This document shows, piece by piece, positions 16,752 through 26,366 of a stretch of DNA of 64,000 bases. How positions within the stretch are numbered: position 1 is the first letter of the stretch; each line of letters starts with the position of its first letter. Source of the DNA: a virus (lineage: Duplodnaviria > Caudoviricetes); the IMG/VR virus record IMGVR_UViG_3300028833_000073, positions 1-64,000 of that record; one strand, given 5' to 3'. The translations under genes were made by a program, and so were the position numbers. The notes below the pieces were generated by a model. That model did no database searches, was not told where the DNA came from, and was given only the letters and a program-made list of their open reading frames with translations.

Positions 16752-19208
16752 ATGTATGATTATCTTCTTAATGAAGCTAAGTTAAAATCATCTGAAAGAA
16801 CAGATTTTGGTCTTCCTAGTAAGAAGAAGTACCCGATGCCGGACGCCGATCATGTAAGAGCAGCAATAAGGATGTTCAATCATTGTGATCCTGAGGATGA
16901 AGCTGAACTTGCCAGAAACATAAAGAAATATATGAAGAAGTATGGTGTTAATGATATAGAAGTTGGAGAGAATAATAGGTTTAGCAAGTATTATAATAAG
17001 AAAGCTGTTAAAGAAAGTGTACAAGAAGGTGTGCAAGAAAGATACCTTAATAAGAATGATCTAATGTATTTTGCAGCTTTAGATGAATATGAGAAAGAGT
17101 TTAAAAAGGCATTTGGTGAAAATGAATCTTTAGGTAAAAGAAGAAATGAGAATTGGTACGAGATAGGATATCTTCGTATTAAGGATGCTAAAATGGCTAC
17201 TAAATTATTCGATGCTTATAAAGCAAGATTTGAATCAATCTATGGTGCTTTAATAGAAAAGGGATTTAATGTTGTATTTGAAGATGATGATAATGGATAT
17301 ATCATCAGATATAATGCTAATACTTTTGGAGATAATGTGATAAATAACATGAATAATATCTTAAGTGAATCTGCAAAAACTAAGTATACTGATAGATTTG
17401 GTAATGTGAAGTATAAAACAGATTCTAAGTACACTGGAATGGAAACAAATGCTAATGAAAAGATATGGTTGAAGAAAATTCAGATGATATCAAAAGCTAA
17501 TCTAAGAGGAGGTAAACCACAACCAACAATTATCATTGATGGTAAAGACTATAGAGCTAGAACAGATATAATTGTGATTAATTCTAAAGGAGAGATACTT
17601 ATAGATTATGGCAAAGCAAGAGCATTTAACTATTCCTTCCCTGGAGGTGGGATAGATGATCAAAGTGTTCCTATTGCTAAATCTGCTACAAGAGAATGTG
17701 AAGAAGAAGCAATGGTAATACCTAAACATGTAAGATATATGAATATTGCTTGGTTTAGCCAGTTTAATGATCCTCAAATATTCTATGGTGTAATATCATT
17801 TATATGTGTTGCTGAATACGGAAGAACCTTTAAAGGAAAGGTTGCAACAGAGGATAAAGATGAATTTGCAGATAGAGCAAAATGGGTAAAATGGGAAGAT
17901 GCAGGATTACAAGAACCTCATCTATTAGCAATTCAAAGATATTTAGGTATCAATGAATCAGTAGAAGAAACAATAGAAGAATCAGGATGGGTGATTCATA
18001 AGAGAAATAAGAAGTATCATACTTATGAAGATGCTAAGTTTGTATTTGACTCTTTAACTGATCAAGAGAAAGAGTGGACTTGCCATGGTAATTACAAGAA
18101 TACTCCTAATTGTGTACTAAGAAAGTGTGCATATGATAATGGAAGTCCTACTCCTGTAGGATTTGTTGAGTTAGATGATGCTTATAAGATAGAGCAATCT
18201 GATTTCAATAAAGGAAAAGTATGTATCACTATTGCTGTACACTCTCAATGGAGAGGTAAAGGAATAGCTAAAGCTCTAGTTAAGACTGCAGTACACTGGT
18301 TTAAAGAATCTGAATATGAAGTAATGTCATGGAAAGCAGATGAAGATAATAAGGCTAGTATTAAACTAGCTGAGAAGTGTGGGTTTATTCATAACTACTA
18401 TGACAAAAAAATGAAATCAGAATTCTTCTTCATTACTAATGGTAGAAAGATGCAAGAAGCTATAGGAGAAGAATCTAATGATATCTATTTTGAAGAAGAA
18501 CCAGAAACAGATATAGCTTCTATTGCAGAGGAAGTAGAGTCAATGATTCAAGAATTATCTGGTGGTGGTGGACCTATGATTGGTATGGAGATCAATGACC
18601 AATCTGTTACCACTTATAATCCAGGTATGTTCATAATATCATATGGGTCTAAGAAAGATGCTGATCCTAATGATGATATAGCTACTTCTTCAGGTTATGC
18701 TGTTGCCAATGACTTACGTTCTAAGTATATTCTAGTAAAGAGAAAGAATAAGGTAGTAAGAGAAGACTATGTAGAGTTCCTTACAGATAGAAAGATATCA
18801 ATCTATGAATATACTGGAGATGTAAGTAAATGGTATGAGATGCTCAAATCAATAGATGAAGGAAAATCTGATGGTGAATTCTATACGGCTTTAACTGGAA
18901 GAGAATTACTTACAGATGATCAGATCTATTTCGATGAGCATTTCAAGTACTATAATCCATTTAAGACTAAGATTGAGAATGGAATGACTCTTGATCTTAA
19001 TAAGGAATACTCTCTAGTAGAAGGAAGAGAGTTCTTACTTCCTGTGATGGATGATGAGATGTTAAAACTACAAGAAAGAGTCAATAACATTAATCCTAAC
19101 TATACCATCAAGGAAGGACCAAAGGGATATTTCATTGTATCTGAAGCTGAAGGAAAGTGTAGTGCTCTTCCATTGTCTAAACATGACATAGAAGAGTATG
19201 TGAGATGA
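16752..19208 (+). CDS. Polyprotein: DUF6582-like, unknown, Nudix hydrolase, GNAT acetyltransferase, C-terminal unknown domain
   Basis: SD AAGGAGG before ATG 16752. DFGLPSKKKYPMPDADHVRAAI; FPGGGID..ATRECEEEA (Nudix box); VHSQWRGKGIAKAL..NKASIKLAEKCGF (GNAT). Confidence 0.85.
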   Translation: MYDYLLNEAKLKSSERTDFGLPSKKKYPMPDADHVRAAIRMFNHCDPEDEAELARNIKKYMKKYGVNDIEVGENNRFSKYYNKKAVKESVQEGVQERYLNKNDLMYFAALDEYEKEFKKAFGENESLGKRRNENWYEIGYLRIKDAKMATKLFDAYKARFESIYGALIEKGFNVVFEDDDNGYIIRYNANTFGDNVINNMNNILSESAKTKYTDRFGNVKYKTDSKYTGMETNANEKIWLKKIQMISKANLRGGKPQPTIIIDGKDYRARTDIIVINSKGEILIDYGKARAFNYSFPGGGIDDQSVPIAKSATRECEEEAMVIPKHVRYMNIAWFSQFNDPQIFYGVISFICVAEYGRTFKGKVATEDKDEFADRAKWVKWEDAGLQEPHLLAIQRYLGINESVEETIEESGWVIHKRNKKYHTYEDAKFVFDSLTDQEKEWTCHGNYKNTPNCVLRKCAYDNGSPTPVGFVELDDAYKIEQSDFNKGKVCITIAVHSQWRGKGIAKALVKTAVHWFKESEYEVMSWKADEDNKASIKLAEKCGFIHNYYDKKMKSEFFFITNGRKMQEAIGEESNDIYFEEEPETDIASIAEEVESMIQELSGGGGPMIGMEINDQSVTTYNPGMFIISYGSKKDADPNDDIATSSGYAVANDLRSKYILVKRKNKVVREDYVEFLTDRKISIYEYTGDVSKWYEMLKSIDEGKSDGEFYTALTGRELLTDDQIYFDEHFKYYNPFKTKIENGMTLDLNKEYSLVEGREFLLPVMDDEMLKLQERVNNINPNYTIKEGPKGYFIVSEAEGKCSALPLSKHDIEEYVR

Positions 19209-19244
19209 AAAGAGTGGAGAGCTTAACGCTCTCCCTTTTCTTTT

Positions 19245-19523
19245 TTAGTGATCAAAGATATCTACTACATCTTCTCCAAGTATTAAGAAATTATTGTCAT
19301 TATCAGAATTATCAAACATTGATAATACAATATTCAGTATTTCATCACGCTCTTTCTCTGATTTAAAGGTAATATAAATCCTACTAGAAGAATTAAGTCT
19401 ATAGAAGAGTATTCCTTCTGGTCTATTAGACTTTCTACATCCACAAACATCAGATATTACAAACTGACCTTTTCTATACAATGTAATAGTTTTGTTAGTA
19501 GGAATAGTCATCCAACCTCCCAT
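19245..19523 (-). CDS. Hypothetical protein
   Basis: 92-aa ORF with SD, ending at a bidirectional hairpin at ~19212-19240. Confidence 0.65.
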   Translation of the reverse strand: MGGWMTIPTNKTITLYRKGQFVISDVCGCRKSNRPEGILFYRLNSSSRIYITFKSEKERDEILNIVLSMFDNSDNDNNFLILGEDVVDIFDH

Positions 19524-19587
19524 TTATATCACAACCTTTCTTATAATCTAGTAAGGTAATGACTAAAAATTAAATGAGGTGATAAAA

Positions 19588-21201
19588 GTGAATAAATTAC
19601 TTGAATCAGTATCAGATCTATTTCTGGTTAAAGATAATAAGATTCATCCATCACTATCAATGATTACTAAAGATAGATGTGAGATGGCAAGAGATTGGGC
19701 TAGAAATAATAAGTTTCCTTTGATAGATCCTGAAGCAAAATGGAATGATATAGATCATACCTATAAGAAGTATCTGTCAATACCTAAGTTCTGGCAGCAT
19801 CGTGTTGATGATGCTTGTATAAGAATATTTAGTATTCCAATGGATGAGTTATATAGAAGAATAAAGAGCTATATTGAGAATGATGGTGTTGTATCAGATA
19901 ATGATACTATAGTTAAGTTCTTGAATAAGAATGATGTAGAAGACTATAGAATGACACATGGTAACTATGATACTATTGGAATGGTCATGGAAGTATGTAA
20001 GAACAAATCCTCATTAGGCCCTATAGAAGAAGCTAGATTACTTATGATTGCTGAGAGCTTATCTACTAATACTCCTTCTATAGATCTTGGTATCAATGCT
20101 CCATACTTTACTCCAGATGAGATTAGAGACTATCTAGGAGAAGATAAAGTATTCATAGAAGGCTTTGATACTAAAGAGTGGTTTGAAGCATATGATAGTA
20201 CATTCAATGGCACTTATGACGATAAATACTTTACTATGGGATTCTCTAGAGTAAGACTTCTACAGAAGTTCAATATGGAAGATAAGAATGAAGCCACTAA
20301 GAGAAAGATAGCAGTATTAGGATGGAATCCAGAGATTCCATATAATGAAGAGACTCAAGTAAAAGCAAATGAAAGAATCTATAAGATTGTAAGTGAAAGG
20401 ACTAAGAATATAGACTTAGTTGATCTTAGTCAAATGATTGATAATATGAAGATAGTTGATGAATCTACATTGATTACCATAAATGGATTGAAACCTATCT
20501 TTGTAGTCTTTAAGAGAGATAAGAATAGTATAGTACACTCAATCATATCCAAGGCTACTAATAGCTTCTGGGCACACTCTGCTATATCCTTCGATGTATC
20601 TCTAAAGAAGATGTACTCATTCCAATCTGGAGGATTCTATAGTGAATCTATATATGATTATCCTCCTGGTACTATCATAAATGTAATGTGTTGCTTCGTT
20701 AATGATAATATCTTTACTAAGATGAGAAAGGCTATTGTAGGATTCAGAAGAAATAAGAATAAGACATCTTATAACTTCTCTAATCTTATTAATTGTCTTA
20801 CTAGGAAAGCATCTGAGAATACTAAGTCTATGGTATGTTCTGGGTTCACTGATTTCATTCTTAAGATAGGCGATATATCTCCTACTAAGAAATCATTCTC
20901 CACTATACATCCAGGAAGACTTAAGAGAGCTATTACTAGTGATAGACGTAAGAGATGGTATAATCTCTTTAAGGGAGACTACAAGGACTATAGTTCTAAT
21001 AAGATAAAGGTATACTTATCAAATGTAGCAGCAGAACATATCGGAGAAGAGACAGTAGATGATATGATCAAGAATACTAATAAAGAGATGGATGAGATCT
21101 TTAAGACTATGGTTGAACCCTATATAAATATGATCATTATAAATGATGATACTGATTATGATATGGAAATAGGTAATCAGTATAGTATCAATGATATCTA
21201 A
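19588..21201 (+). CDS. Probable virion protein with C-terminal permuted papain-like (YiiX/YaeF, NlpC/P60) domain
   Basis: IISKATNSFWAHSAI ... YNF ... MVCSGFT (His before Cys). GTG start chosen from SD GAGGTG. LLE-S, VDE-S and GEE-T motifs. Confidence 0.7.
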   Translation: MNKLLESVSDLFLVKDNKIHPSLSMITKDRCEMARDWARNNKFPLIDPEAKWNDIDHTYKKYLSIPKFWQHRVDDACIRIFSIPMDELYRRIKSYIENDGVVSDNDTIVKFLNKNDVEDYRMTHGNYDTIGMVMEVCKNKSSLGPIEEARLLMIAESLSTNTPSIDLGINAPYFTPDEIRDYLGEDKVFIEGFDTKEWFEAYDSTFNGTYDDKYFTMGFSRVRLLQKFNMEDKNEATKRKIAVLGWNPEIPYNEETQVKANERIYKIVSERTKNIDLVDLSQMIDNMKIVDESTLITINGLKPIFVVFKRDKNSIVHSIISKATNSFWAHSAISFDVSLKKMYSFQSGGFYSESIYDYPPGTIINVMCCFVNDNIFTKMRKAIVGFRRNKNKTSYNFSNLINCLTRKASENTKSMVCSGFTDFILKIGDISPTKKSFSTIHPGRLKRAITSDRRKRWYNLFKGDYKDYSSNKIKVYLSNVAAEHIGEETVDDMIKNTNKEMDEIFKTMVEPYINMIIINDDTDYDMEIGNQYSINDI

Positions 21202-21245
21202 AATAAACAAAAAGGTAGTCGAAAGACTACCTACTTCTTTCTGAC

Positions 21246-21280
21246 CAAAATCAAAAATAAGCATATATTATAGTAGTGCC
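21246..21280 (+). promoter_or_regulatory. Early promoter
   Basis: CAAAATCAAAAATAAGCATATATTATAGTAGTGCC, just after terminator GGTAGTC-GAAA-GACTACC. Confidence 0.75.
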
Positions 21281-21321
21281 GAATAGATAATACAGTGTTT
21301 TTAAAGAAAGGATGTTTTACA

Positions 21322-22245
21322 ATGAAAGTAGAACGTATTGTTGATCTGTGGCCGGAAATCAATTATTATAACAAGAAAGGAGAAATCTTAGCTGAAATAG
21401 CTATAGTGAAAACTAATAGTAATCCTATTGTCAGAATCTATGATCCTGATACAATCAATATACTTAGAGATGAAGCAAGAAAAGATTTTGATACAATGTG
21501 TGAGTTTCTTACAGGTATCGAAGATAAAAAAGAAATTGATATTATTAAGAATTTTGTTTCGGGAGTCTATGATGATGAAATAATTATTATTCATAGACCT
21601 TTTGATAGCATGTCTTTTATGATGGATATTATTCAGAAACGTGGTAGGGATTTTATCCTTCCTGTTATGCCAATTCATGAGATGGATACAAAGACATATC
21701 GGGAATATGCTCAGATATTAGCAGAACATCCATATGTGCATAATATTGAGGAGAAGTATCCTGGTTTCTTAATGAAACATGGCATTGGTGAAAACTTCTA
21801 TTATGAAACAAGAGATAAAGTAAAACAACTTGAAGCAGTAATGGATGATGATTTTAAGCGTCGTATTGGGTCTATGTGTGCTAGTATCTATGATGAAATA
21901 GTAAAAGAAAGAAATAGCAGACATAAGGAATATATTCATATCTATATTAATGCTGTACTTAATGTAATACTCCACTATGAGTTTGGTAATTTGCTGAGTG
22001 CTTACCATGTAAGTATGATGTTAAGAAAAGGTATTAATACTGTAAATGAGTTGATGGCTGCATCAAAACTCATATATCATCCGTATTTCTGGTGTGTGTC
22101 TAATAATGGAATCAAAGACTGGGAAATCAAGAATGATTTCATTAATCAGATTCTTGAAGGAAATCTGAATTACAATGTAGAAGAGATCGTCGAAAACTAC
22201 AACAAAGAACAAGAAGAATTAAGAAATAAGGTTTCAAAACAATAA
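21322..22245 (+). CDS. Hypothetical early protein
   Basis: SD AAAGGA before ATG 21322; own promoter and terminator. Confidence 0.8.
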   Translation: MKVERIVDLWPEINYYNKKGEILAEIAIVKTNSNPIVRIYDPDTINILRDEARKDFDTMCEFLTGIEDKKEIDIIKNFVSGVYDDEIIIIHRPFDSMSFMMDIIQKRGRDFILPVMPIHEMDTKTYREYAQILAEHPYVHNIEEKYPGFLMKHGIGENFYYETRDKVKQLEAVMDDDFKRRIGSMCASIYDEIVKERNSRHKEYIHIYINAVLNVILHYEFGNLLSAYHVSMMLRKGINTVNELMAASKLIYHPYFWCVSNNGIKDWEIKNDFINQILEGNLNYNVEEIVENYNKEQEELRNKVSKQ

Positions 22246-22331
22246 GAACTATTAAGTACCTATCTTGGTAAATTATCAAAAGCTAACAAAGAAAGAGACA
22301 CCTTAGCGGTGTCTTCTTTTCTTTTTTCTAA

Positions 22332-22376
22332 CCAAATCAAATCTTAGTGATATATTATATATGTGGTGGTATTGGG
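22332..22376 (+). promoter_or_regulatory. Early promoter (GTGGTGGTATTGGG leader subtype)
   Basis: GATATATTATATATGTGGTGGTATTGGG, identical to 23604-23631. Confidence 0.75.
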
Positions 22377-22403
22377 ATATTTTATTAGAAAGGATGATTT
22401 ATA

Positions 22404-22682
22404 ATGACGTATCAAGAATTAGAAGCTTCGATTCTGTTGTATGATGGAATCAGAGTAGTATTCAGAAAGAAAAGGTATGAAAAAGCAACCATTCTCGATT
22501 CTTATCCAATTAAGAAAGGGCATTCTGATGATGTTTCAGTAATGGGTTATTTAAATTACTTGACAGAATCAATTGCTAAAGATGTTGATATAGATGATAT
22601 CGTTATAGTCAAAGGAGATGGTTCTTCAGAAGTAAATGGATTAGCTACACTGGGATATATAAGGGAATCTTATAGAAGGTGA
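22404..22682 (+). CDS. Hypothetical protein
   Basis: 92-aa ORF with SD. Confidence 0.7.
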   Translation: MTYQELEASILLYDGIRVVFRKKRYEKATILDSYPIKKGHSDDVSVMGYLNYLTESIAKDVDIDDIVIVKGDGSSEVNGLATLGYIRESYRR

Positions 22683-22686
22683 TAGA

Positions 22687-23586
22687 ATGGCTATTAAGAA
22701 ACATTCTTTAACTGGATTTAAGTTCAAGTATGGAGATAAGATTCTAAGAGTACAATCAGTGAGAAACAACTCCCGTATCATAATAAAAGATGAAGATGGT
22801 AATACAAGTAAAACTACATTGGATTGGTTAGATGATAACTGTGAGAGAATCATACCTGTAGGGATAATGACATTCTTTGAAGCTGATATAGGAAGTGGAC
22901 AAAGAGATGTTATAGTTACCCTACATAGAATAGTAGATCTTAATAGGGAAATAAGAATTCCTTATATTGGAGCTAGACAAACGATAGTGAATATGTTCTC
23001 AGCTCCATTATCTAATGATATCTATAGTGTTCCATTGGGACTATGTTTTAGTAATATGACATGTCCTCCTAATGTGGACTTTAAGATTATCATGGATTGT
23101 AAGAAGGTGATATCTACTCAGGTTATATCAGTCTATATGGATGATATACTAGAGGATATGATAGGACTGATTAACCACACTAACTTTGATAATGTCATCA
23201 GATACTTTAAGAAGAAATGGGATCCTAATGGTCTTAAGAATGTAGGTAATGATACTTACTCGTTCTTAGAGAATAATGGATTCATGAATGAGTTTAATAA
23301 CGCATTCAATATAGTAAGTCTTGATGGTGAGCTGAATGACTATAATCTTAATAGAACCTTAACTAGGAAGTACTCATGTCAGATAGAAGTCATAGGTATA
23401 GTTCCCTATAGCTATAAGGTAGATTTAGAAAGGGTTGATGATAGAACTCAATACGTATTTGTAAGAAATGACAATAATAACAGAAAGATATGGGTTGTTA
23501 AGTATGTAAGAGGTCAAAGTGTCTTATTTGTACCTAAAAATCAAAAAGAATATGTTCAGGAACTCCTAAATAGAATAAATCGCTGA
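22687..23586 (+). CDS. Hypothetical protein
   Basis: 299-aa ORF, SD AAGGTGA. Confidence 0.8.
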   Translation: MAIKKHSLTGFKFKYGDKILRVQSVRNNSRIIIKDEDGNTSKTTLDWLDDNCERIIPVGIMTFFEADIGSGQRDVIVTLHRIVDLNREIRIPYIGARQTIVNMFSAPLSNDIYSVPLGLCFSNMTCPPNVDFKIIMDCKKVISTQVISVYMDDILEDMIGLINHTNFDNVIRYFKKKWDPNGLKNVGNDTYSFLENNGFMNEFNNAFNIVSLDGELNDYNLNRTLTRKYSCQIEVIGIVPYSYKVDLERVDDRTQYVFVRNDNNNRKIWVVKYVRGQSVLFVPKNQKEYVQELLNRINR

Positions 23587-23587
23587 G

Positions 23588-23631
23588 CAAAACAAAACTT
23601 GGCGATATATTATATATGTGGTGGTATTGGG
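23588..23631 (+). promoter_or_regulatory. Early promoter (GTGGTGGTATTGGG leader subtype)
   Basis: CAAAACAAAACTTGGCGATATATTATATATGTGGTGGTATTGGG. Confidence 0.75.
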
Positions 23632-23718
23632 TGAATCTTGATTTCAGAAAATATAAAGAAGCAAAGAAATCAAGAATCTCACTGAAATACAAATCTATAT
23701 TTAATGGAGGTTTTAATT

Positions 23719-24849
23719 ATGAATGGACCTACTCAATTAACACCTGAGGCATTGACAGCTTTGAATATGTCTCAGCCGGACAACTTAGGTGGAAACAATG
23801 GGTTTAATCAGACTCCGAAGATGACCAACTTGACGGTTGATGATCTTTATTGCCCTGATAAGCCGAAGAGCATGGTAGAGACGGTACAGATTAGTGCTGC
23901 TGATTTGTGTCATCTCGTATCGGAACAGCTTAAGGGTGTCTTCAAGGATGTACTTGGATGTACGTTCAAGTATAACGTCAATGGTAATCTTGGATTCTGT
24001 ATTCTCTTCCAGCCTGGAAAGGGATATGGAAAGTGGAGTAACATTGATGCCATTCACATGAACTCTCATATGCATCCTACTCAGCGTTATGTAGAAACTT
24101 CTAGGGTGAATGCTAATGGGCGTCGTACAATGACTCTGAATCAGCTTACGAGGGATTATTTCAATCGTTTCATGATTCGTCCGGTCATTGGTAATCGTTT
24201 TAACAATACTTATCGGGTATCTGATAAGATTGAATGGGAGAAGTGCATTGAAGAAGTAGAGTATCGTGAGTCCAATATGTATGGATGTAATAATGCTTCC
24301 TTCTTGATGCTTAGGAATATTGATCTTGAGCGTCTCTTGCATGAGATCTGGATTCCTTCTGATGAGAGGAAAAAGGATCTTGAGGTTGCTAAGATTCAGT
24401 TCAGGAATAGGTTCTTCTGGGAAGAGAAGATCGAGGTAGAACTCAAGGATGATAGTGGTAATCCTATCTTGGATTCAGATAAGGAGTCTCCTACATATAA
24501 TCAGAACAAGAGGAAGGTTATCAGCAGGTGGCATCCTCAGAGTAATTCTGGGTTTAATGTAGACTTCGATGAGTTGAATATTGATGATTATTATGATAGG
24601 CTCATTATCCATCCTACTCATGAGGTCAAAGTCACGTTCAAGGGTTATAGGCTGGTAGCCAACAACCATATTGCATACTATCCTAATCCGGTAGCATTGC
24701 AGCCTAATGGTGCTGTTGGTCCTGCTCCTGGTAACACTTATGATCTTAGGAATCTCTTTGTGAATATTGATGTAGTCAATATCAAAGAGGCAAGTAAGAT
24801 CACTCCGTTGAATCTGAATTCTTCGCCTGATCTGGCTAATGTATTCTGA
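23719..24849 (+). CDS. Hypothetical early protein
   Basis: SD GGAGG before ATG 23719; long ORF; hairpin at ~24874-24900. Confidence 0.8.
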   Translation: MNGPTQLTPEALTALNMSQPDNLGGNNGFNQTPKMTNLTVDDLYCPDKPKSMVETVQISAADLCHLVSEQLKGVFKDVLGCTFKYNVNGNLGFCILFQPGKGYGKWSNIDAIHMNSHMHPTQRYVETSRVNANGRRTMTLNQLTRDYFNRFMIRPVIGNRFNNTYRVSDKIEWEKCIEEVEYRESNMYGCNNASFLMLRNIDLERLLHEIWIPSDERKKDLEVAKIQFRNRFFWEEKIEVELKDDSGNPILDSDKESPTYNQNKRKVISRWHPQSNSGFNVDFDELNIDDYYDRLIIHPTHEVKVTFKGYRLVANNHIAYYPNPVALQPNGAVGPAPGNTYDLRNLFVNIDVVNIKEASKITPLNLNSSPDLANVF

Positions 24850-24925
24850 TATCAACATAAGATAGGTCATTGGTATAGAGAGGAGAAATCCTCTCTATAT
24901 CTTTTTCTCTTAAGGAGGAGATATA

Positions 24926-25300
24926 ATGGAAAAGAATTGGGACATTATCAGGGACCATGGTATTATTGATAAGGGTGATAATAAGCTTATTGCCATTAGG
25001 GAAGTATCATGGTATGGTAAAGATCCTAAGCTGGAAATCGGTACTTGGTATAATGGTGCCGATAGTGAAACTCCTGATAAGAAAAGGATTACATTCCTGA
25101 CTAAACAAGGTCCTCATAATCTTACTGAGAGGATGGTGGATCTTGGATATGGTGACACAGATAAGCTTCAAGAGTCTATTGATAAGAGGAGTACACAGAC
25201 TATCATTCCTCCTACTGATATTGAGATTGATGATGATGTCGAAGTAACAGAGGAAGATGATAGTGAGTACTTCTCTTCAAAGGATATACTCGAAGAGTAA
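24926..25300 (+). CDS. PC4/YdbC-like ssDNA-binding protein with acidic tail
   Basis: IREVSWYGKDPKLEIGTW ... PDKKRITF; acidic C-terminus. Confidence 0.7.
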   Translation: MEKNWDIIRDHGIIDKGDNKLIAIREVSWYGKDPKLEIGTWYNGADSETPDKKRITFLTKQGPHNLTERMVDLGYGDTDKLQESIDKRSTQTIIPPTDIEIDDDVEVTEEDDSEYFSSKDILEE

Positions 25301-25370
25301 AGATTAGTATCTAAATAAGGCCATAACTGATTAGTATATGATCCAATAAATTATAGGAGGCTGATCAGTT

Positions 25371-25808
25371 ATGGCTGATAAAGAATCTATATTGGATAGA
25401 GAGCAACCTGATGATGGCCCTTTTATCCAATTTGAAGATTGTGATAAGAATGAGTGTATTTACTATGATGAGAATGGAAGATGTTCATATGAAACTTGCA
25501 GAGTAGTACTGGAACAACCTAAGTCAGAACCAGTAGCTATTAAGAAGTGTCAGAGCTGTAGAGAGAACTTTGCTATTGATCCTAAAGAGATGAAAGTACA
25601 GTTCTGTCCAGCTTGCCTAAATGGCATGTTTAAGGCTGAAGGACATCCACATCAATGTATTTTTTGTGGTACTACTATAGATTGGAATCCAAGTATCTAT
25701 TGGCCAGTATGTCCTAGGTGCTTTAAGAATCTTACTATAGTGGCTACAGGACAACCTGGTCCACTTAAACAAGCTGCTAATGCAGCTCATTGTTTTAGCT
25801 GTTGTTAG
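25371..25808 (+). CDS. Cys-rich zinc-binding protein
   Basis: Four CxxC pairs (CQSC, CPAC, CIFC, CPRC) plus N- and C-terminal Cys. Confidence 0.7.
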   Translation: MADKESILDREQPDDGPFIQFEDCDKNECIYYDENGRCSYETCRVVLEQPKSEPVAIKKCQSCRENFAIDPKEMKVQFCPACLNGMFKAEGHPHQCIFCGTTIDWNPSIYWPVCPRCFKNLTIVATGQPGPLKQAANAAHCFSCC

Positions 25809-25821
25809 AAGGAGATAAATA

Positions 25822-25974
25822 ATGGAATATAATGAGTTTGTAGAAATAACATTGGAAGAGCTTATAAGTCTTGGTGTGATAGATGATATTGCTTTACAAG
25901 GAAAACCAGATTATGATAATCTAGAAATGAATGAAAATGGATATTACGAAATACCAGAATATAGGAGAGTATGA
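25822..25974 (+). CDS. Small acidic protein (50 aa)
   Basis: SD AAGGAG; ATGA overlap with the next gene; hand translation. Confidence 0.6.
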   Translation: MEYNEFVEITLEELISLGVIDDIALQGKPDYDNLEMNENGYYEIPEYRRV

Positions 25975-26366
25975 TGAGAAATATAGATAATAAGATCTTC
26001 ACTGTTGACACTGGGGATAATTATATTTTGATTCAGCTCAAACCTAGGGTAAATATGATAAATAGGCTTACTATTGATGCTCTACTATATCAATTAGAAG
26101 GAAGAATAAATGAGATAGAAGATAAGTATGAAGAAACAATAAAGAAAGCTTATGGTAAGGTAAGTAGGAAGGAGTTATACTTTGGAAGACCTAGGACTAT
26201 AACCAATCTAGAAGCTGACTATATAACTCATCTTCATGATACTGGTATGAGTCTTAGAGGTATTGGTAGAATGTATGGTGTTTCTCCAGCTACGGTAAAG
26301 AATGCTATAAATAAAGTATCAAAATCTAAGAAACCTAATGGTTTAGTAAAGGAGAATGAAGAATGA
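25971..26366 (+). CDS. HTH DNA-binding protein
   Basis: GMSLRGIGRMYGVSPATVKNAI helix-turn-helix. Confidence 0.7.
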   Translation: MMRNIDNKIFTVDTGDNYILIQLKPRVNMINRLTIDALLYQLEGRINEIEDKYEETIKKAYGKVSRKELYFGRPRTITNLEADYITHLHDTGMSLRGIGRMYGVSPATVKNAINKVSKSKKPNGLVKENEE

